In this document: positions 41,260-51,254 of the stretch, one piece after another
How the letters are laid out: each line of letters opens with the position of its first letter
Numbering within the stretch: position 1 is the stretch's first letter
Source of the DNA: Rhodoferax sp.
GTDB lineage: Bacteria > Pseudomonadota > Gammaproteobacteria > Burkholderiales > Burkholderiaceae_C
Assembly (NCBI RefSeq): GCF_028689305.1
Contig: NZ_JAQTWM010000003.1
Location: 22,085-86,084 of the forward strand
Direction of reading: 5' to 3'
DNA: 64,000 nt
Translations under genes and position numbers: made by a program
Notes under the pieces: model-generated
The model's input: only the letters and a program-made list of their open reading frames with translations
Database searches by the model: none
What the model was told of the DNA's origin: nothing

Positions 41260-41727
41260 ATGAATACCAGATCAGACAATGACCGTATTGAACGCAGCAT
41301 CGTCATCAACGCCTCGCGTGATCGCGTCTGGCACGCGCTCTCGAATGCCGAAGCGTTCGGCACCTGGTTCGGCGCCAAGCTGGAGGGCCAGAGCTTTGCG
41401 CCCGGACAGCGTGTGCGCGGCCAGATCACCGTCTGCGGTCACGAGGACGCGTGGTTTGACGTGGTCATCGAGCGCATCGAACCACAGAACCTGCTCTCGT
41501 ATCGCTGGCACCCCTATGCCGTCGAGCCGTCTGTGGACTATGACGAGGAGGAGCCGACGCTGGTGACCTTCACATTGAAGGATGCGCCCAGTAACGGCAC
41601 GCTGCTGACGGTGGTGGAGTCGGGGTTCGACAAGGTGCCACCGCACCGTCGCCTGGAAGCGTTTCGCATGAACAGCCGTGGCTGGGAGGCGCAATTGAAC
41701 AACATCGCGCGACATGCCAGCGCGTAG
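41260..41727 (+). CDS. SRPBCC/AHSA1-domain protein
   Basis: IERSIVINA...RVW.AL, YRWHP, TLVTF.L, VVESGF, GW. Confidence 0.87.
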   Translation: MNTRSDNDRIERSIVINASRDRVWHALSNAEAFGTWFGAKLEGQSFAPGQRVRGQITVCGHEDAWFDVVIERIEPQNLLSYRWHPYAVEPSVDYDEEEPTLVTFTLKDAPSNGTLLTVVESGFDKVPPHRRLEAFRMNSRGWEAQLNNIARHASA

Positions 41728-42100
41728 CAGCACGGCGCAGGGCACGGACCAGCGCGACACGGGCTTGTCAGCCATCGTCCGGTCAAGCGAAACGCTGGCC
41801 AGCGTCTTTGCGGCATTGGGCGACCCGACGCGCTTGAAACTGGTGGCGGTACTTTGCGCGGGCGGTGCCTTCTCAATTGCGCAGCTGACGGCAAACGCCG
41901 AAATCAGCCGGCAAGGTGTGACCAAACACCTTCAGGTGCTGGCGCAGGCGGGTGTGGTGCGCGACGTGAAGCGGGGCCGCGAACGCCTCTGGCAGCTGGA
42001 GCCAGGGCAGATCGATGAAGCGAAGCGGACCCTGGAGATCATCGGCAAAGAATGGGAAGTCGCCCTGGGGCAACTCAAGACGTTTGCAGAGTCCCTCTGA
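41714..42100 (+). CDS. ArsR/SmtB-family regulator
   Basis: FAALGDPTR, ISRQGVTKHL.VL..AG. Confidence 0.9.
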   Translation: MPARSSTAQGTDQRDTGLSAIVRSSETLASVFAALGDPTRLKLVAVLCAGGAFSIAQLTANAEISRQGVTKHLQVLAQAGVVRDVKRGRERLWQLEPGQIDEAKRTLEIIGKEWEVALGQLKTFAESL

Positions 42101-42155
42101 TTTGAGGGATGGCTGGGATACACGAGCCGGCCCCGGAGCGCCTGTGTAACTGGAT

Positions 42156-42219
42156 AGCTATTGATTTAATAGCTATCCAGGTTTATTTGATCTGGGCTAC
42201 AGGCCGATTTTGCTTGTAA
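42156..42219. repeat. Dispersed element, copy 7 (opposite orientation)
   Basis: GCTA-N9-TAGC - 20 nt - GGGCTACAGGCC. Confidence 0.8.
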
Positions 42220-42229
42220 CCCGAGGGGA

Positions 42230-42805
42230 TCACTGCTTGACCGCTTCGACCTGCACCACCAGGCGCACGTTTTTCGGGAAACCCCAGTCAATGCCGTAAT
42301 TCATGCCGAACTGGGTGCGGTCCAGCGTGCCTTCAAAGTCACCGCCGCAGACTTCGCGCTTGAGCATCGGGCTGTTGTAGCAGTTGAAATTGGTGGCCTT
42401 GAGCGTCAGCGGCTGGGTCTTGCCCAGCAGCGTCAGCGCGCCGGAGACTTCACTGACCTTGTCGCCGTTGAAGCTGAACTTGTCGGCGACAAATTTCATG
42501 GTCGGAAACTTTTCCGTGTCAAACAATTCCGCAGTTTGCAGATGTTTGGTAAACGCTGGAAAGCCGGTGTTGATGGAATTGGTGTCCACCACGATCTCGA
42601 CCTTGCCCGTTTTGGCGGCGCGGTCCAGCTCCACGCTGCCCTCTTTCTTGTCAAAACGGCCGCGGTTGGTGCTGGTGCCAAAGTGGCCGATCTCAAACGT
42701 CACATAGGTGTGCGCCGGATCGATGGCGTAGCTGGCGGCCTGGGCCGGGAGAGTGCTGGCCAGCAAGGCGGTGGCAGCGGCGAGAGGCAACAAGATGGAA
42801 CGCAT
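42230..42805 (-). CDS. YceI-family polyisoprenoid-binding protein
   Basis: Signal peptide; YAIDPAHT, H.G.S...GRF, L.LLG.T.P, RTQFGM. Confidence 0.92.
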   Translation of the reverse strand: MRSILLPLAAATALLASTLPAQAASYAIDPAHTYVTFEIGHFGTSTNRGRFDKKEGSVELDRAAKTGKVEIVVDTNSINTGFPAFTKHLQTAELFDTEKFPTMKFVADKFSFNGDKVSEVSGALTLLGKTQPLTLKATNFNCYNSPMLKREVCGGDFEGTLDRTQFGMNYGIDWGFPKNVRLVVQVEAVKQ

Positions 42806-42868
42806 AAATACTCCTGAAAGGGTGAAAGAAAACCGTTGAAAAAAGAGGGGCAGAAATTGAAAAATGAC

Positions 42869-43432
42869 TCAGAGCTTGCCGACGCCGGTGAGTGACAGCT
42901 TGAACTTGACCTGCACGTCGTCGGCCACCATCGAGGTGTCGGCCCATTCGCCGTCGCCGATCTTGAACGCCAGGCGTTTGAGCGGCAGCACGCCGCTGGC
43001 CACGGTGACGCCGGCGGCCTGGCTCATGGTCAGCGGCACCTGAACGTTCTGCACCTGGCCCTTGATGGCGAGTTGGCCGGCCACCTCGTATTTGCCCGCG
43101 CCCAGCGCCTTGAAGCTGGTGGAGGTGAAGGTGGCCTGGGGAAACTTCGGCACATTGAACCAGGGTGCCTTGGGCAACTCGCTGTCCATCTCGGGCGCAC
43201 CCAGTGTGGCGCTGCCCATGTCGACGGTGAATGCCACTTTGCTGCTGGCCAGCTTGCTGGCGTCAAAGCTGAGTTGGGCGTCAAACTTTCTGAAGTGACC
43301 GCTGATCGGCACCCCCATCTGTTTGGCAACAAAGCCCAGTTCACTTTGGGCGGGCAGCAGTTTTTGCTGGGCAAAGGCGGGCGCGGCCAGCAGACTGGCG
43401 CTCAGGGCGCTGATCAAAACCTTGGTGTTCAT
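42869..43432 (-). CDS. YceI-family protein
   Basis: Signal peptide; KQMGVP, WF....FP.ATF, LAIKG. Confidence 0.88.
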   Translation of the reverse strand: MNTKVLISALSASLLAAPAFAQQKLLPAQSELGFVAKQMGVPISGHFRKFDAQLSFDASKLASSKVAFTVDMGSATLGAPEMDSELPKAPWFNVPKFPQATFTSTSFKALGAGKYEVAGQLAIKGQVQNVQVPLTMSQAAGVTVASGVLPLKRLAFKIGDGEWADTSMVADDVQVKFKLSLTGVGKL

Positions 43433-43475
43433 GGTGCGGGTTCCTGTGGAAAAGTGTTGACAGAGAGGCAGGGCT

Positions 43476-44051
43476 TCAGCCTCGGCCCGGCAGCATGCGC
43501 TGCAGCAGGCCATCACGGTCCAGCCAATGGTGTTTGAGGGCGGCGGCGATGTGCAGACCGGCCAGCGCGATCAGGGCCAGCGCTGCCAGCTTGTGCAGCG
43601 GTTTGATCGATTCGGCCAGCGCCTTGTCGGCGGGCAACAGGTCCGGCAGGCTGATCTGGCCAAACCAGACGATTGGAAAGCCGGCTGCCGAGCTGTAGGC
43701 CCAGCCCAGCAGCGGCACGGCAAAAAACAGCAGGTACATCAGGTGATGGGTGGCGTGGTAGGCACGGGTCTGCCAGGCCGGCATGGCCTGGCGGATGGCT
43801 GCCGGCAGCGTTGGCGGCCGGTGGGTCAGGCGCCAGCCCAGGCGCAGGATGGTGAGCAGCAACAGGCTGACACCGGCCCATTTGTGCCAGTTGTACAGCT
43901 TCAGGCGGGTGGGTGAAAACGGCAGGTCCGTCATGTACACCCCCAGCACAAACAGGGCCAGGATCAGCAGCGCCAGCAGCCAGTGCAGGGCCATGGCCAC
44001 GGCGGTGTAGCGCGGCTGGTCCGTGGTCGGGTCGGGCAGGGATGAGGTCAA
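43476..44051 (-). CDS. Cytochrome b561 (YceJ-like)
   Basis: RY...AMALHW, WHKWAG, H.LMY, LH...H..AALKHH. Confidence 0.92.
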   Translation of the reverse strand: MTSSLPDPTTDQPRYTAVAMALHWLLALLILALFVLGVYMTDLPFSPTRLKLYNWHKWAGVSLLLLTILRLGWRLTHRPPTLPAAIRQAMPAWQTRAYHATHHLMYLLFFAVPLLGWAYSSAAGFPIVWFGQISLPDLLPADKALAESIKPLHKLAALALIALAGLHIAAALKHHWLDRDGLLQRMLPGRG

Positions 44052-44141
44052 AACAGTGCTCCAGTTGAGGTTGATCAGGGATAACCCTGATACGAAACCG
44101 CAAGTTTAGGGAGCAGTCATTGCAAATGGATTCAATGGAAT

Positions 44142-44178
44142 TGTTGGCAATATTCAATTAATTTGAATAATTACAACA
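44142..44178. promoter_or_regulatory. AT-rich palindrome in a divergent promoter region
   Basis: TATTCAA-N5-TTGAATA (44151-44169) inside TGTTG...CAACA. Confidence 0.45.
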
Positions 44179-44443
44179 CCAACCCAGGTCCTGGCGTGGG
44201 CCTGGGCGCCCACCGTTCACGGTGCCAATGCACAAAGCAGACATTGCAGCTTTCACCATAGGCCAGACCGCGTGCCAGCACCGCCTGGCTGTCAGACAAC
44301 ATCCTGGCATTCAGGAAACGACTCGGCTTGAAAATTTCAGTTTAAAAATACCTGTTTTAGAAAACACTTAAGTGCAATAGCCTGTACGTACATCACCAGA
44401 TTAGAATCTTTTGCACATTTAACGAGAAAACGGGTTCCGGGGA

Positions 44444-46453
44444 ATGACAACAAGACAAATATCTCTGATATTCCTCATTGCGTTTGCTGCTGGCATTGCC
44501 ATTTTGTATGCGTTCGGAATCAATAACCAGCTGGTGTTTGACGATGGGCGCCTTACAGATGGCACCGTCTTTGGTCAGTATGGCAGCCTGATGCAGGTTA
44601 AACCGCGCCTGCTGTCCTATGGCAGTTTTGTCTGGATTCAAGACATCTTTGGCGAGGGCTGGTGGAAGCAGCGCATTTTTAATATTGGGCTGCACATTGC
44701 CACAGCGTTCGTGCTTTATATGTTGGCCCTTGAGCTGCTTCATCGCACTGAGTGGGAAGAGAACACCCGTAGTCTGCCGCAATTCTCCAGTTCGCTGGCA
44801 GGGGCTGCCCGCATGGGCGTCGTCTTGTGGGCCTTCAATCCCGTGGCTGTTTATGCGGTGGCTTACCTCATTCAGCGCTCCATACTCATGGCCACGCTGT
44901 TTGTCGCCATGGCCTGCTGGAGCTACGTGCGCGGCTTGGTGACTGGTCAATTGCGCTGGCGGGTATTGGCCGCCGTCTGCTACGTGCTGGCAGTGGCTTC
45001 CAAAGAACACGCTGTGACCGCGATTCTGCTGACCGTGCCGCTGTTTGTCTTTGTCAGGCGACCCAGCTTGCAGCGGGTGATTGGGGTGATGGCGGTAGCC
45101 GGCCTGGTGCTGGTGGCTACAGGCACCGTGCTGTTTCAGCTCTACGGGTCTATTGTTGGCACGGTCTTTGACGAAACATCCCGGGCTTTTGCTGCCCAGT
45201 TGGCGCTATTGCGTCCTGGGATTGATCAGCAAATCTATCCATTGAGCATCATCAACCAAGCCAGCTTGTTCTTTCAGTATGGGTTGATGTGGTTTTTGCC
45301 AAATGTCAACTGGATGTCCGTTGACATCCGGCCCAGTTTCCCTTTGACGCTATGGAGTTGGCATATGGCTGGTGCCCTGGCTTGGGTCAGCACATTGATC
45401 CTTGGCGTCTGGTTGGTCATCCGCCGCAGCGATGTCTGGGGCTTGATTGGCTTGTGCTTGTTGATACCGTGCCTGCTTTTCTTGACCGAATTTGCGACGG
45501 TCTGGTTGCAAGACCCCTTTGTTTTGTACCGCAGTTACCTTTGGGCCGTCCCGATTCCGATCTTCTTTGCATTGCCCCTGGTCGGCACCTCGCGTCGCAC
45601 CTTTTACGCTGTCGGGCTGATCGTGGCCGGGCTGTTTGCAGCCCTTAGTTTTGAGCGCATCAACAGCCTGCAAACGCCCACCACCACCTGGGCCGATGCC
45701 AGCGCCAAAATTGACAAGCAAGGCCCGGCCAACGCGGTAGGTCGCTGGCGCTCGGTGCTTAATCTGGCGGCCGAATACCAGGACCGGGGCGATTATCAGG
45801 AAGCCTTGCGCCTTTTCAGTCAGGCGGAAGCTTTGGGTGAGCCTTTGGGTTCGGCTCGGTTCAATATGGGTGTCAGTCTGCAACAACTCCAACAGCACCC
45901 GCAAGCCTTGGAGAACTTTGTTCAGGCCGAGGGCAAAGGTTTCACCGAAGCGGCGCTGTATTACCACCGTGGTGAATCGCAATATGCCCTGCGGCGATTT
46001 GCCGAGGCTTTTGAGAGTTTCACCAAAGCACTGCAACACCGACAGGGACCAGAGGCAGCGCAATTTACCCGCATGCGCCAAGCCGAAGCGGCCGTAGGCA
46101 GTCAAAATTTCGATGCTGCGATCACGGCTTATCAAACGCTGATCCAACAAGCCCCTGACAAACAACGCTACAAAATCGGCTTGAGCATGGCCTTTGTCGG
46201 CAAGAAAGACTACGCGGCTTCCTTGGCCATTCTGACGCCGGCCATTGCGCAGCACCCCACTGGCCCAGCTTATTACGCCCGCGCCCTGACCCACTTTTAC
46301 CTTGGTAACCGCGTAGCCAGTGCCCAAGATCTGGAACTGGCCATGCGCGCTGAACCCGCCAACCCCATTTATCGCAAGCTGCAACAGCAGTTGAATGAGT
46401 CCCCGGCTAAGGCCACACCTCAAGCGGTGACAAAGTCAACGGCAAAACCATGA
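44444..46453 (+). CDS. Polytopic membrane protein with C-terminal TPRs (GT-C/TMTC-like glycosyltransferase)
   Basis: FDD after TM1, NP...AVAY..QRS, SKE, RSYL, many TM segments, TPR-like C-terminus. Confidence 0.75.
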   Translation: MTTRQISLIFLIAFAAGIAILYAFGINNQLVFDDGRLTDGTVFGQYGSLMQVKPRLLSYGSFVWIQDIFGEGWWKQRIFNIGLHIATAFVLYMLALELLHRTEWEENTRSLPQFSSSLAGAARMGVVLWAFNPVAVYAVAYLIQRSILMATLFVAMACWSYVRGLVTGQLRWRVLAAVCYVLAVASKEHAVTAILLTVPLFVFVRRPSLQRVIGVMAVAGLVLVATGTVLFQLYGSIVGTVFDETSRAFAAQLALLRPGIDQQIYPLSIINQASLFFQYGLMWFLPNVNWMSVDIRPSFPLTLWSWHMAGALAWVSTLILGVWLVIRRSDVWGLIGLCLLIPCLLFLTEFATVWLQDPFVLYRSYLWAVPIPIFFALPLVGTSRRTFYAVGLIVAGLFAALSFERINSLQTPTTTWADASAKIDKQGPANAVGRWRSVLNLAAEYQDRGDYQEALRLFSQAEALGEPLGSARFNMGVSLQQLQQHPQALENFVQAEGKGFTEAALYYHRGESQYALRRFAEAFESFTKALQHRQGPEAAQFTRMRQAEAAVGSQNFDAAITAYQTLIQQAPDKQRYKIGLSMAFVGKKDYAASLAILTPAIAQHPTGPAYYARALTHFYLGNRVASAQDLELAMRAEPANPIYRKLQQQLNESPAKATPQAVTKSTAKP

Positions 46454-46812
46454 TGGCCAACCTGCAAATCACCACCAGCTTGCTTGGCCTTGGTCTGGCT
46501 TTTTTCATCCTGTTTCTGGTGCGCCGTGACCATATCTACATTTCACATGCCCTATTCTGGATTGGTATTGCCGGCCTGGCCGCCCTGCTGGGTCTGTGGC
46601 CAGGTCTGATCGACCGGATCGCTTCCTGGGTGGGCATCAGCTATTCACCGGCAGCACTTTTGTTGGGTGCCGTCGTGGTGTTGTTGGTCAAATCTCTCTA
46701 CTCGGACATCACGCACACCCAACTTGAGCGGCAGTTGCGTCGGCTGAATCAGCGGATGGCATTGATGGAGGTGCGAGGGGTGTCGGCTGATCACAAATCG
46801 GACGAGGCGTAG
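46450..46812 (+). CDS. DUF2304-like small membrane protein
   Basis: Three TM segments, GISYSP, C-terminal coiled RRLNQRMAL. Confidence 0.75.
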   Translation: MMANLQITTSLLGLGLAFFILFLVRRDHIYISHALFWIGIAGLAALLGLWPGLIDRIASWVGISYSPAALLLGAVVVLLVKSLYSDITHTQLERQLRRLNQRMALMEVRGVSADHKSDEA

Positions 46813-46843
46813 CGAGTATCAAAGCCAATTTGAATTTGGTATT

Positions 46844-47623
46844 TCAGGCAAAAATCTTGCCCCCAGCCCCCAGTAACACTATCGCCAGCAAAATTTGCAT
46901 CCATCGCCCAGAGATCTTCCGACTCAGCAGGCTCCCGATGGCGGCAGTGGGGACAGAGCCAGCCAGCAGGCTGATCAGCATTGTCCCGTCCACCATGCCG
47001 GCAATCAAATAGCCAATACCCGCGACCATCGCTAGGGGTATTGCATGCACGATGTCGGTGGCAATCAAGCGATGGGGACTCATTCGGAGCGGGTAAAGAT
47101 AAAGCAGCATGACGCTGCCCAGCGCACCAGCCCCCACTGAAGTCAACGCCACGACAATCCCGAGCGTGACTCCTGCGCCTACCGTCAACCCCGGTTGCAG
47201 GCGCGCCAAAATTTCCGGTTTGATCAACCGGCGCTTGTGTGATTTTGCTAACAGGCATGGCGCAAAAAGCAAACCACACGCGGTCATCATCACGATCAAG
47301 CCAATGGCATGCGTCAGCCATTCCACTTTTGATACTGTCGTACCGAGGCTGATCACCACAACGACCAATAGGGCGACCGGCAAACTGCCAAGCCAAAGAC
47401 GTTTCACTATCTGCCAGTCTACCTGTCCCATATTATTGTGAATACGGGCAGCAACCGTTTTGGTCAGGGCGGCAAACCATAGGTCTGTGGCGACAGCGGT
47501 GGTCGGCGGAACCCCAAAGAACAAGAGAAGTATCGGCGTCATCAATGCGCCACCCCCGACGCCTGTTAAGCCGACGATCAAACCAGTGATCGCACCTGCT
47601 GTGGCATATGCATGGTCGATCAT
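46844..47623 (-). CDS. Sulfite exporter TauE/SafE family
   Basis: GLTGVGGGALMTP.L, AVATDL, LTSVGAG, TDIVHA. Confidence 0.9.
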   Translation of the reverse strand: MIDHAYATAGAITGLIVGLTGVGGGALMTPILLLFFGVPPTTAVATDLWFAALTKTVAARIHNNMGQVDWQIVKRLWLGSLPVALLVVVVISLGTTVSKVEWLTHAIGLIVMMTACGLLFAPCLLAKSHKRRLIKPEILARLQPGLTVGAGVTLGIVVALTSVGAGALGSVMLLYLYPLRMSPHRLIATDIVHAIPLAMVAGIGYLIAGMVDGTMLISLLAGSVPTAAIGSLLSRKISGRWMQILLAIVLLGAGGKIFA

Positions 47624-47800
47624 CGCAACCGCAAAAGCTTTGGCGCATGAATAGATGGCCGCTTATGACAGCCATGAGCAAATTTCTGTGGATTTTGTCG
47701 CATTATGGATATATTTAAGAAAATTCATGTAATTGTAAATTCGAAAGAATAAAATGTCATCTGTAAAATTTTTGTTGCAAATTACGACATAACGGGACTT

Positions 47801-49249
47801 ATGGAAACTGTGGATCTTCTTGGGCTAGACGCTCATCAGGTATGGGACACCGAACGTGCTTTTCAGCATCTTCGGGCCATGGGCTATGCGGATACCAAAC
47901 GAACCACTGAGCGGCGATTGCATGAACTGGCGATATTGCCTCCTGAGCTGAAACCCGAGCAACTGAAGGATGAGTTTGATCGCCCGCCCATTATGTTAGT
48001 ACTCGGGCAGGAACTGGAAAAAGCGCGCAGTAAACGCAAACTGGTGCTATTTGCTCAACTTCATGCCTTGGCGACTGGACAGGAGTGTTTGCATGCCAAC
48101 GATGCGCGAGGTGCACGTTATTGGGTGCCGATGGCCAAGGTTTCTTCCGTACCAGAGCAAATGACAACTGCGATTGAGCAACTGCAAGCATTTGTGAGCA
48201 AAGAGGTGGTGGTGTTCCCCCACGGGCGATTGGTGGAGCTTTGCCGCCAGATGCCAGACATGCCATTTGTCAATTTGCTAGCCAATCAGCCGACTTTGAA
48301 CTTAAATCGCCAGATTCTTGGTGTTCGGCGAATGGAGTCGCAGGAAAAGATTTGCATCCCATACTTGCAGCAATTAGAGAACGAAAGTATCCATATCATT
48401 CGTGAAGCGGTTGCAGAAGCTGACAATCCGGTCCTGCTTTTTTCAGCGGGTAAAGACAGTGCTGTCCTGTTGCACTTGGCTCGCAAAGCGTTTTATCCAT
48501 CGTTACCACCATTCCCGCTGCTTCATGTGGACACGCGTTGGAAATTTCAAGAGATGTACAGCTTCCGTGACTATATGGCTCGCGAAAGTGGCATGGACTT
48601 GCTTATACACATCAATCCCGAAGCCATACAAAAGAACATCAACCCTTTTGATCACGGTTCGGCCTTGCATACCGATATCACCAAAACCGAGGGTTTGAAA
48701 CAAGCTTTGGACAAGTACAAGTTTGATGTGGTATTCGGCGGTGCCCGGCGAGACGAAGAAAAATCACGTGCTAAGGAGCGTATCTTCTCGTTTCGAACCA
48801 GCTCTCATCAATGGGATCCGAAAAACCAACGTCCCGAGCTCTGGAATCTCTACAACACACGCAAAAATCAGGGTGAAAGCATCCGGGTCTTTCCACTCTC
48901 AAATTGGACAGAGCTCGATATTTGGGAATATATCTGGCAAGAAAGCATTTCGGTGGTCCCGCTGTATTTTGCAAAAGAACGTCCAGTCGTTTTACGCGAC
49001 GGTATGTTCCTGATGATTGATGATGATCGCTTTCAATTGTTGCCGGGTGAAGAAATCCAGACTCGTAAGGTGCGTTTTCGGACCCTGGGTTGTTATCCAC
49101 TCACCAGCGCGGTGGAGTCACGTGCGGAAACATTAGAAGACATTATTCTGGAATTGGCCGGTAGTCACAGTTCCGAGCGGCAAGGTAGGAAAATTGATTC
49201 CGACGTTGCTGCCAGCATGGAAAAGAAAAAGAAAGAAGGGTATTTCTGA
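47801..49249 (+). CDS. cysD: Sulfate adenylyltransferase subunit 2 with ~185-aa N-terminal extension
   Basis: [46 protein letters not shown]. Confidence 0.94.
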   Translation: METVDLLGLDAHQVWDTERAFQHLRAMGYADTKRTTERRLHELAILPPELKPEQLKDEFDRPPIMLVLGQELEKARSKRKLVLFAQLHALATGQECLHANDARGARYWVPMAKVSSVPEQMTTAIEQLQAFVSKEVVVFPHGRLVELCRQMPDMPFVNLLANQPTLNLNRQILGVRRMESQEKICIPYLQQLENESIHIIREAVAEADNPVLLFSAGKDSAVLLHLARKAFYPSLPPFPLLHVDTRWKFQEMYSFRDYMARESGMDLLIHINPEAIQKNINPFDHGSALHTDITKTEGLKQALDKYKFDVVFGGARRDEEKSRAKERIFSFRTSSHQWDPKNQRPELWNLYNTRKNQGESIRVFPLSNWTELDIWEYIWQESISVVPLYFAKERPVVLRDGMFLMIDDDRFQLLPGEEIQTRKVRFRTLGCYPLTSAVESRAETLEDIILELAGSHSSERQGRKIDSDVAASMEKKKKEGYF

Positions 49250-51183
49250 TGACACGTTCGCAGACCAGACGCCACGCCCAAGCATCATCAAGCTATGCAC
49301 ATCCGCCAGTTCCACCAAATACCGTGGAAGCGTTCTTGGTGCAGCAGCAAACACAAGATATGCTGCGCTTCATCACCTGCGGTAGTGTGGATGATGGAAA
49401 AAGCACCTTGATAGGGCGATTACTTTGGGAGGCCCATCAACTCTTTGACGATCAACTTGCCACGTTGGCAGCAGACTCGAAAAAATATGGGACTCAAAAT
49501 GGTGATATTGATTTTGCGTTGCTGGTAGATGGTCTGGCGGCTGAGCGGGAACAGGGCATCACCATCGATGTGGCGTATCGCTTCTTCGCCAGCGCGCGAC
49601 GAAAGTTCATCGTGGCAGATACGCCAGGTCACGAGCAGTACACGCGCAACATGGTCACAGGTGCATCTACCGCAGACGTGGCAGTACTTCTTGTAGATGC
49701 GAGCCAAGGTTTGCTGACGCAGACGCTTCGCCACGCCTATCTGGTGTCGCTCGTGGGTATTCGACACGTGGTACTGGCCATCAACAAAATGGATTTGGTA
49801 GGTTTTGACGTAAAAACATTTAGCCAAGTCAGCGAGGCATTTGCATTGTTTGCTCAACCACTTGGTTTTGAGAGTATTACCTCCATTCCACTATCGGCCC
49901 TCAAGGGTGACAACATTACCCAAAGATCAGCCAATACAGTTTGGTATGTTGGCCCTACCCTGATGGGCTATTTGGAAACCATTGAAGTCCATGCACATAG
50001 CTCCGACAGACTGGTATTTCCGGTGCAGTGGGTTAGCCGACCAAACGCATCATTCCGCGGCTTCAGCGGGAGTGTGGCTGAAGGCAGTATCAGGGTTGGT
50101 GACGAAATTCGTGTCACGAGCTCAGGCCAAACAGCCGCGATTGCCGAAATTGTCACGATGGCTGGATCATTGACGCAAGCAGCCAAGGGTCATGCAGTGA
50201 CCTTGCGATTGAGCAAAGAAATTGACATTTCCCGTGGCGACATACTTTCCTTGAGCCAGCATCCACTTGAAACCACTGATCAGTTTGAAGCCGTTTTGGT
50301 CTGGATGAACGAGGAAGCCGGACTCACCGGCCGTAGTTATGACATCAAGCTTGCAAATCAATGGGCTTCGGCCACCATCACGACCCTTAAATATCGAGTA
50401 GACGTCAACACCTTGGCACATCAGGCTGCCACACAACTCGCCTTGAATGACATAGGTATTTGTAACCTGGCTACTTCAAAACCTTTGGTTTTTGATAGAT
50501 ACACGCAATCAAAACCTTTGGGAGGCTTTATATTGATAGACCGCTTCAGCCATGCCACGGTAGCTGTGGGCATGATTCGCCATAGCTTGAGACGTGCACA
50601 AAATGTGCATAAACAGGCGTTGTCTATTACCCGGCAAGATCGAGAAAAACTCAACGGGCACAAAGGCAAAGTCATCTGGTTCACGGGTCTCTCGGGCTCA
50701 GGGAAGTCAACCCTGGCAAACGCGTTAGAGGCAGCGCTTAATCACCAAGGCAAACGGACCTATCTGCTGGATGGTGACAACGTGCGTCAAGGTTTGAACA
50801 AAGACCTTGGCTTTACTGATGCGGACCGGGTAGAGAATATTCGTCGCATTGCCGAAGTGGCCAAACTCATGTTGGACGCCGGCCTGATTGTGTTGACAGC
50901 CTTCATATCCCCTTTCCGGCAAGAGCGAGAGATGGCTCGGGAACTGATTGGGTCAGAAAATTTTGTCGAGGTGTATGTGAGCACGCCGCTGAATGTCTGT
51001 GAACAGCGGGACGTCAAGGGTCTGTATAAAAAGGCCCGCAGTGGCCAGCTTCCCAACATGTCAGGAATCAGCAGCCCTTATGAGCCGCCATTGGCACCAC
51101 AGGTCGAACTGAACGGCAGCGATGTGCCCATTAAAGAAAGTGTCTCTCATTTACTCAGCCAAATTGCTGCAAGAATTTGGTGA
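49249..51183 (+). CDS. cysNC: Bifunctional sulfate adenylyltransferase subunit 1 / APS kinase (CysNC, NodQ-like)
   Basis: [24 protein letters not shown]; C-terminal [26 protein letters not shown]. Confidence 0.95.
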   Translation: MTRSQTRRHAQASSSYAHPPVPPNTVEAFLVQQQTQDMLRFITCGSVDDGKSTLIGRLLWEAHQLFDDQLATLAADSKKYGTQNGDIDFALLVDGLAAEREQGITIDVAYRFFASARRKFIVADTPGHEQYTRNMVTGASTADVAVLLVDASQGLLTQTLRHAYLVSLVGIRHVVLAINKMDLVGFDVKTFSQVSEAFALFAQPLGFESITSIPLSALKGDNITQRSANTVWYVGPTLMGYLETIEVHAHSSDRLVFPVQWVSRPNASFRGFSGSVAEGSIRVGDEIRVTSSGQTAAIAEIVTMAGSLTQAAKGHAVTLRLSKEIDISRGDILSLSQHPLETTDQFEAVLVWMNEEAGLTGRSYDIKLANQWASATITTLKYRVDVNTLAHQAATQLALNDIGICNLATSKPLVFDRYTQSKPLGGFILIDRFSHATVAVGMIRHSLRRAQNVHKQALSITRQDREKLNGHKGKVIWFTGLSGSGKSTLANALEAALNHQGKRTYLLDGDNVRQGLNKDLGFTDADRVENIRRIAEVAKLMLDAGLIVLTAFISPFRQEREMARELIGSENFVEVYVSTPLNVCEQRDVKGLYKKARSGQLPNMSGISSPYEPPLAPQVELNGSDVPIKESVSHLLSQIAARIW

Positions 51184-51254
51184 CCTACACTCAACATGAG
51201 TTCCAAAAATACACTTTTTACATTAGGATACCCCCCATACTGAAAGAACACGTT

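Noticed and set aside
2154-42219. Dispersed element considered as CRISPR repeats or integron attC sites
   Set aside because: Copies are kilobases apart in mixed orientation, lack RYYYAAC/GTTRRRY ends, and no cas or integrase gene is present
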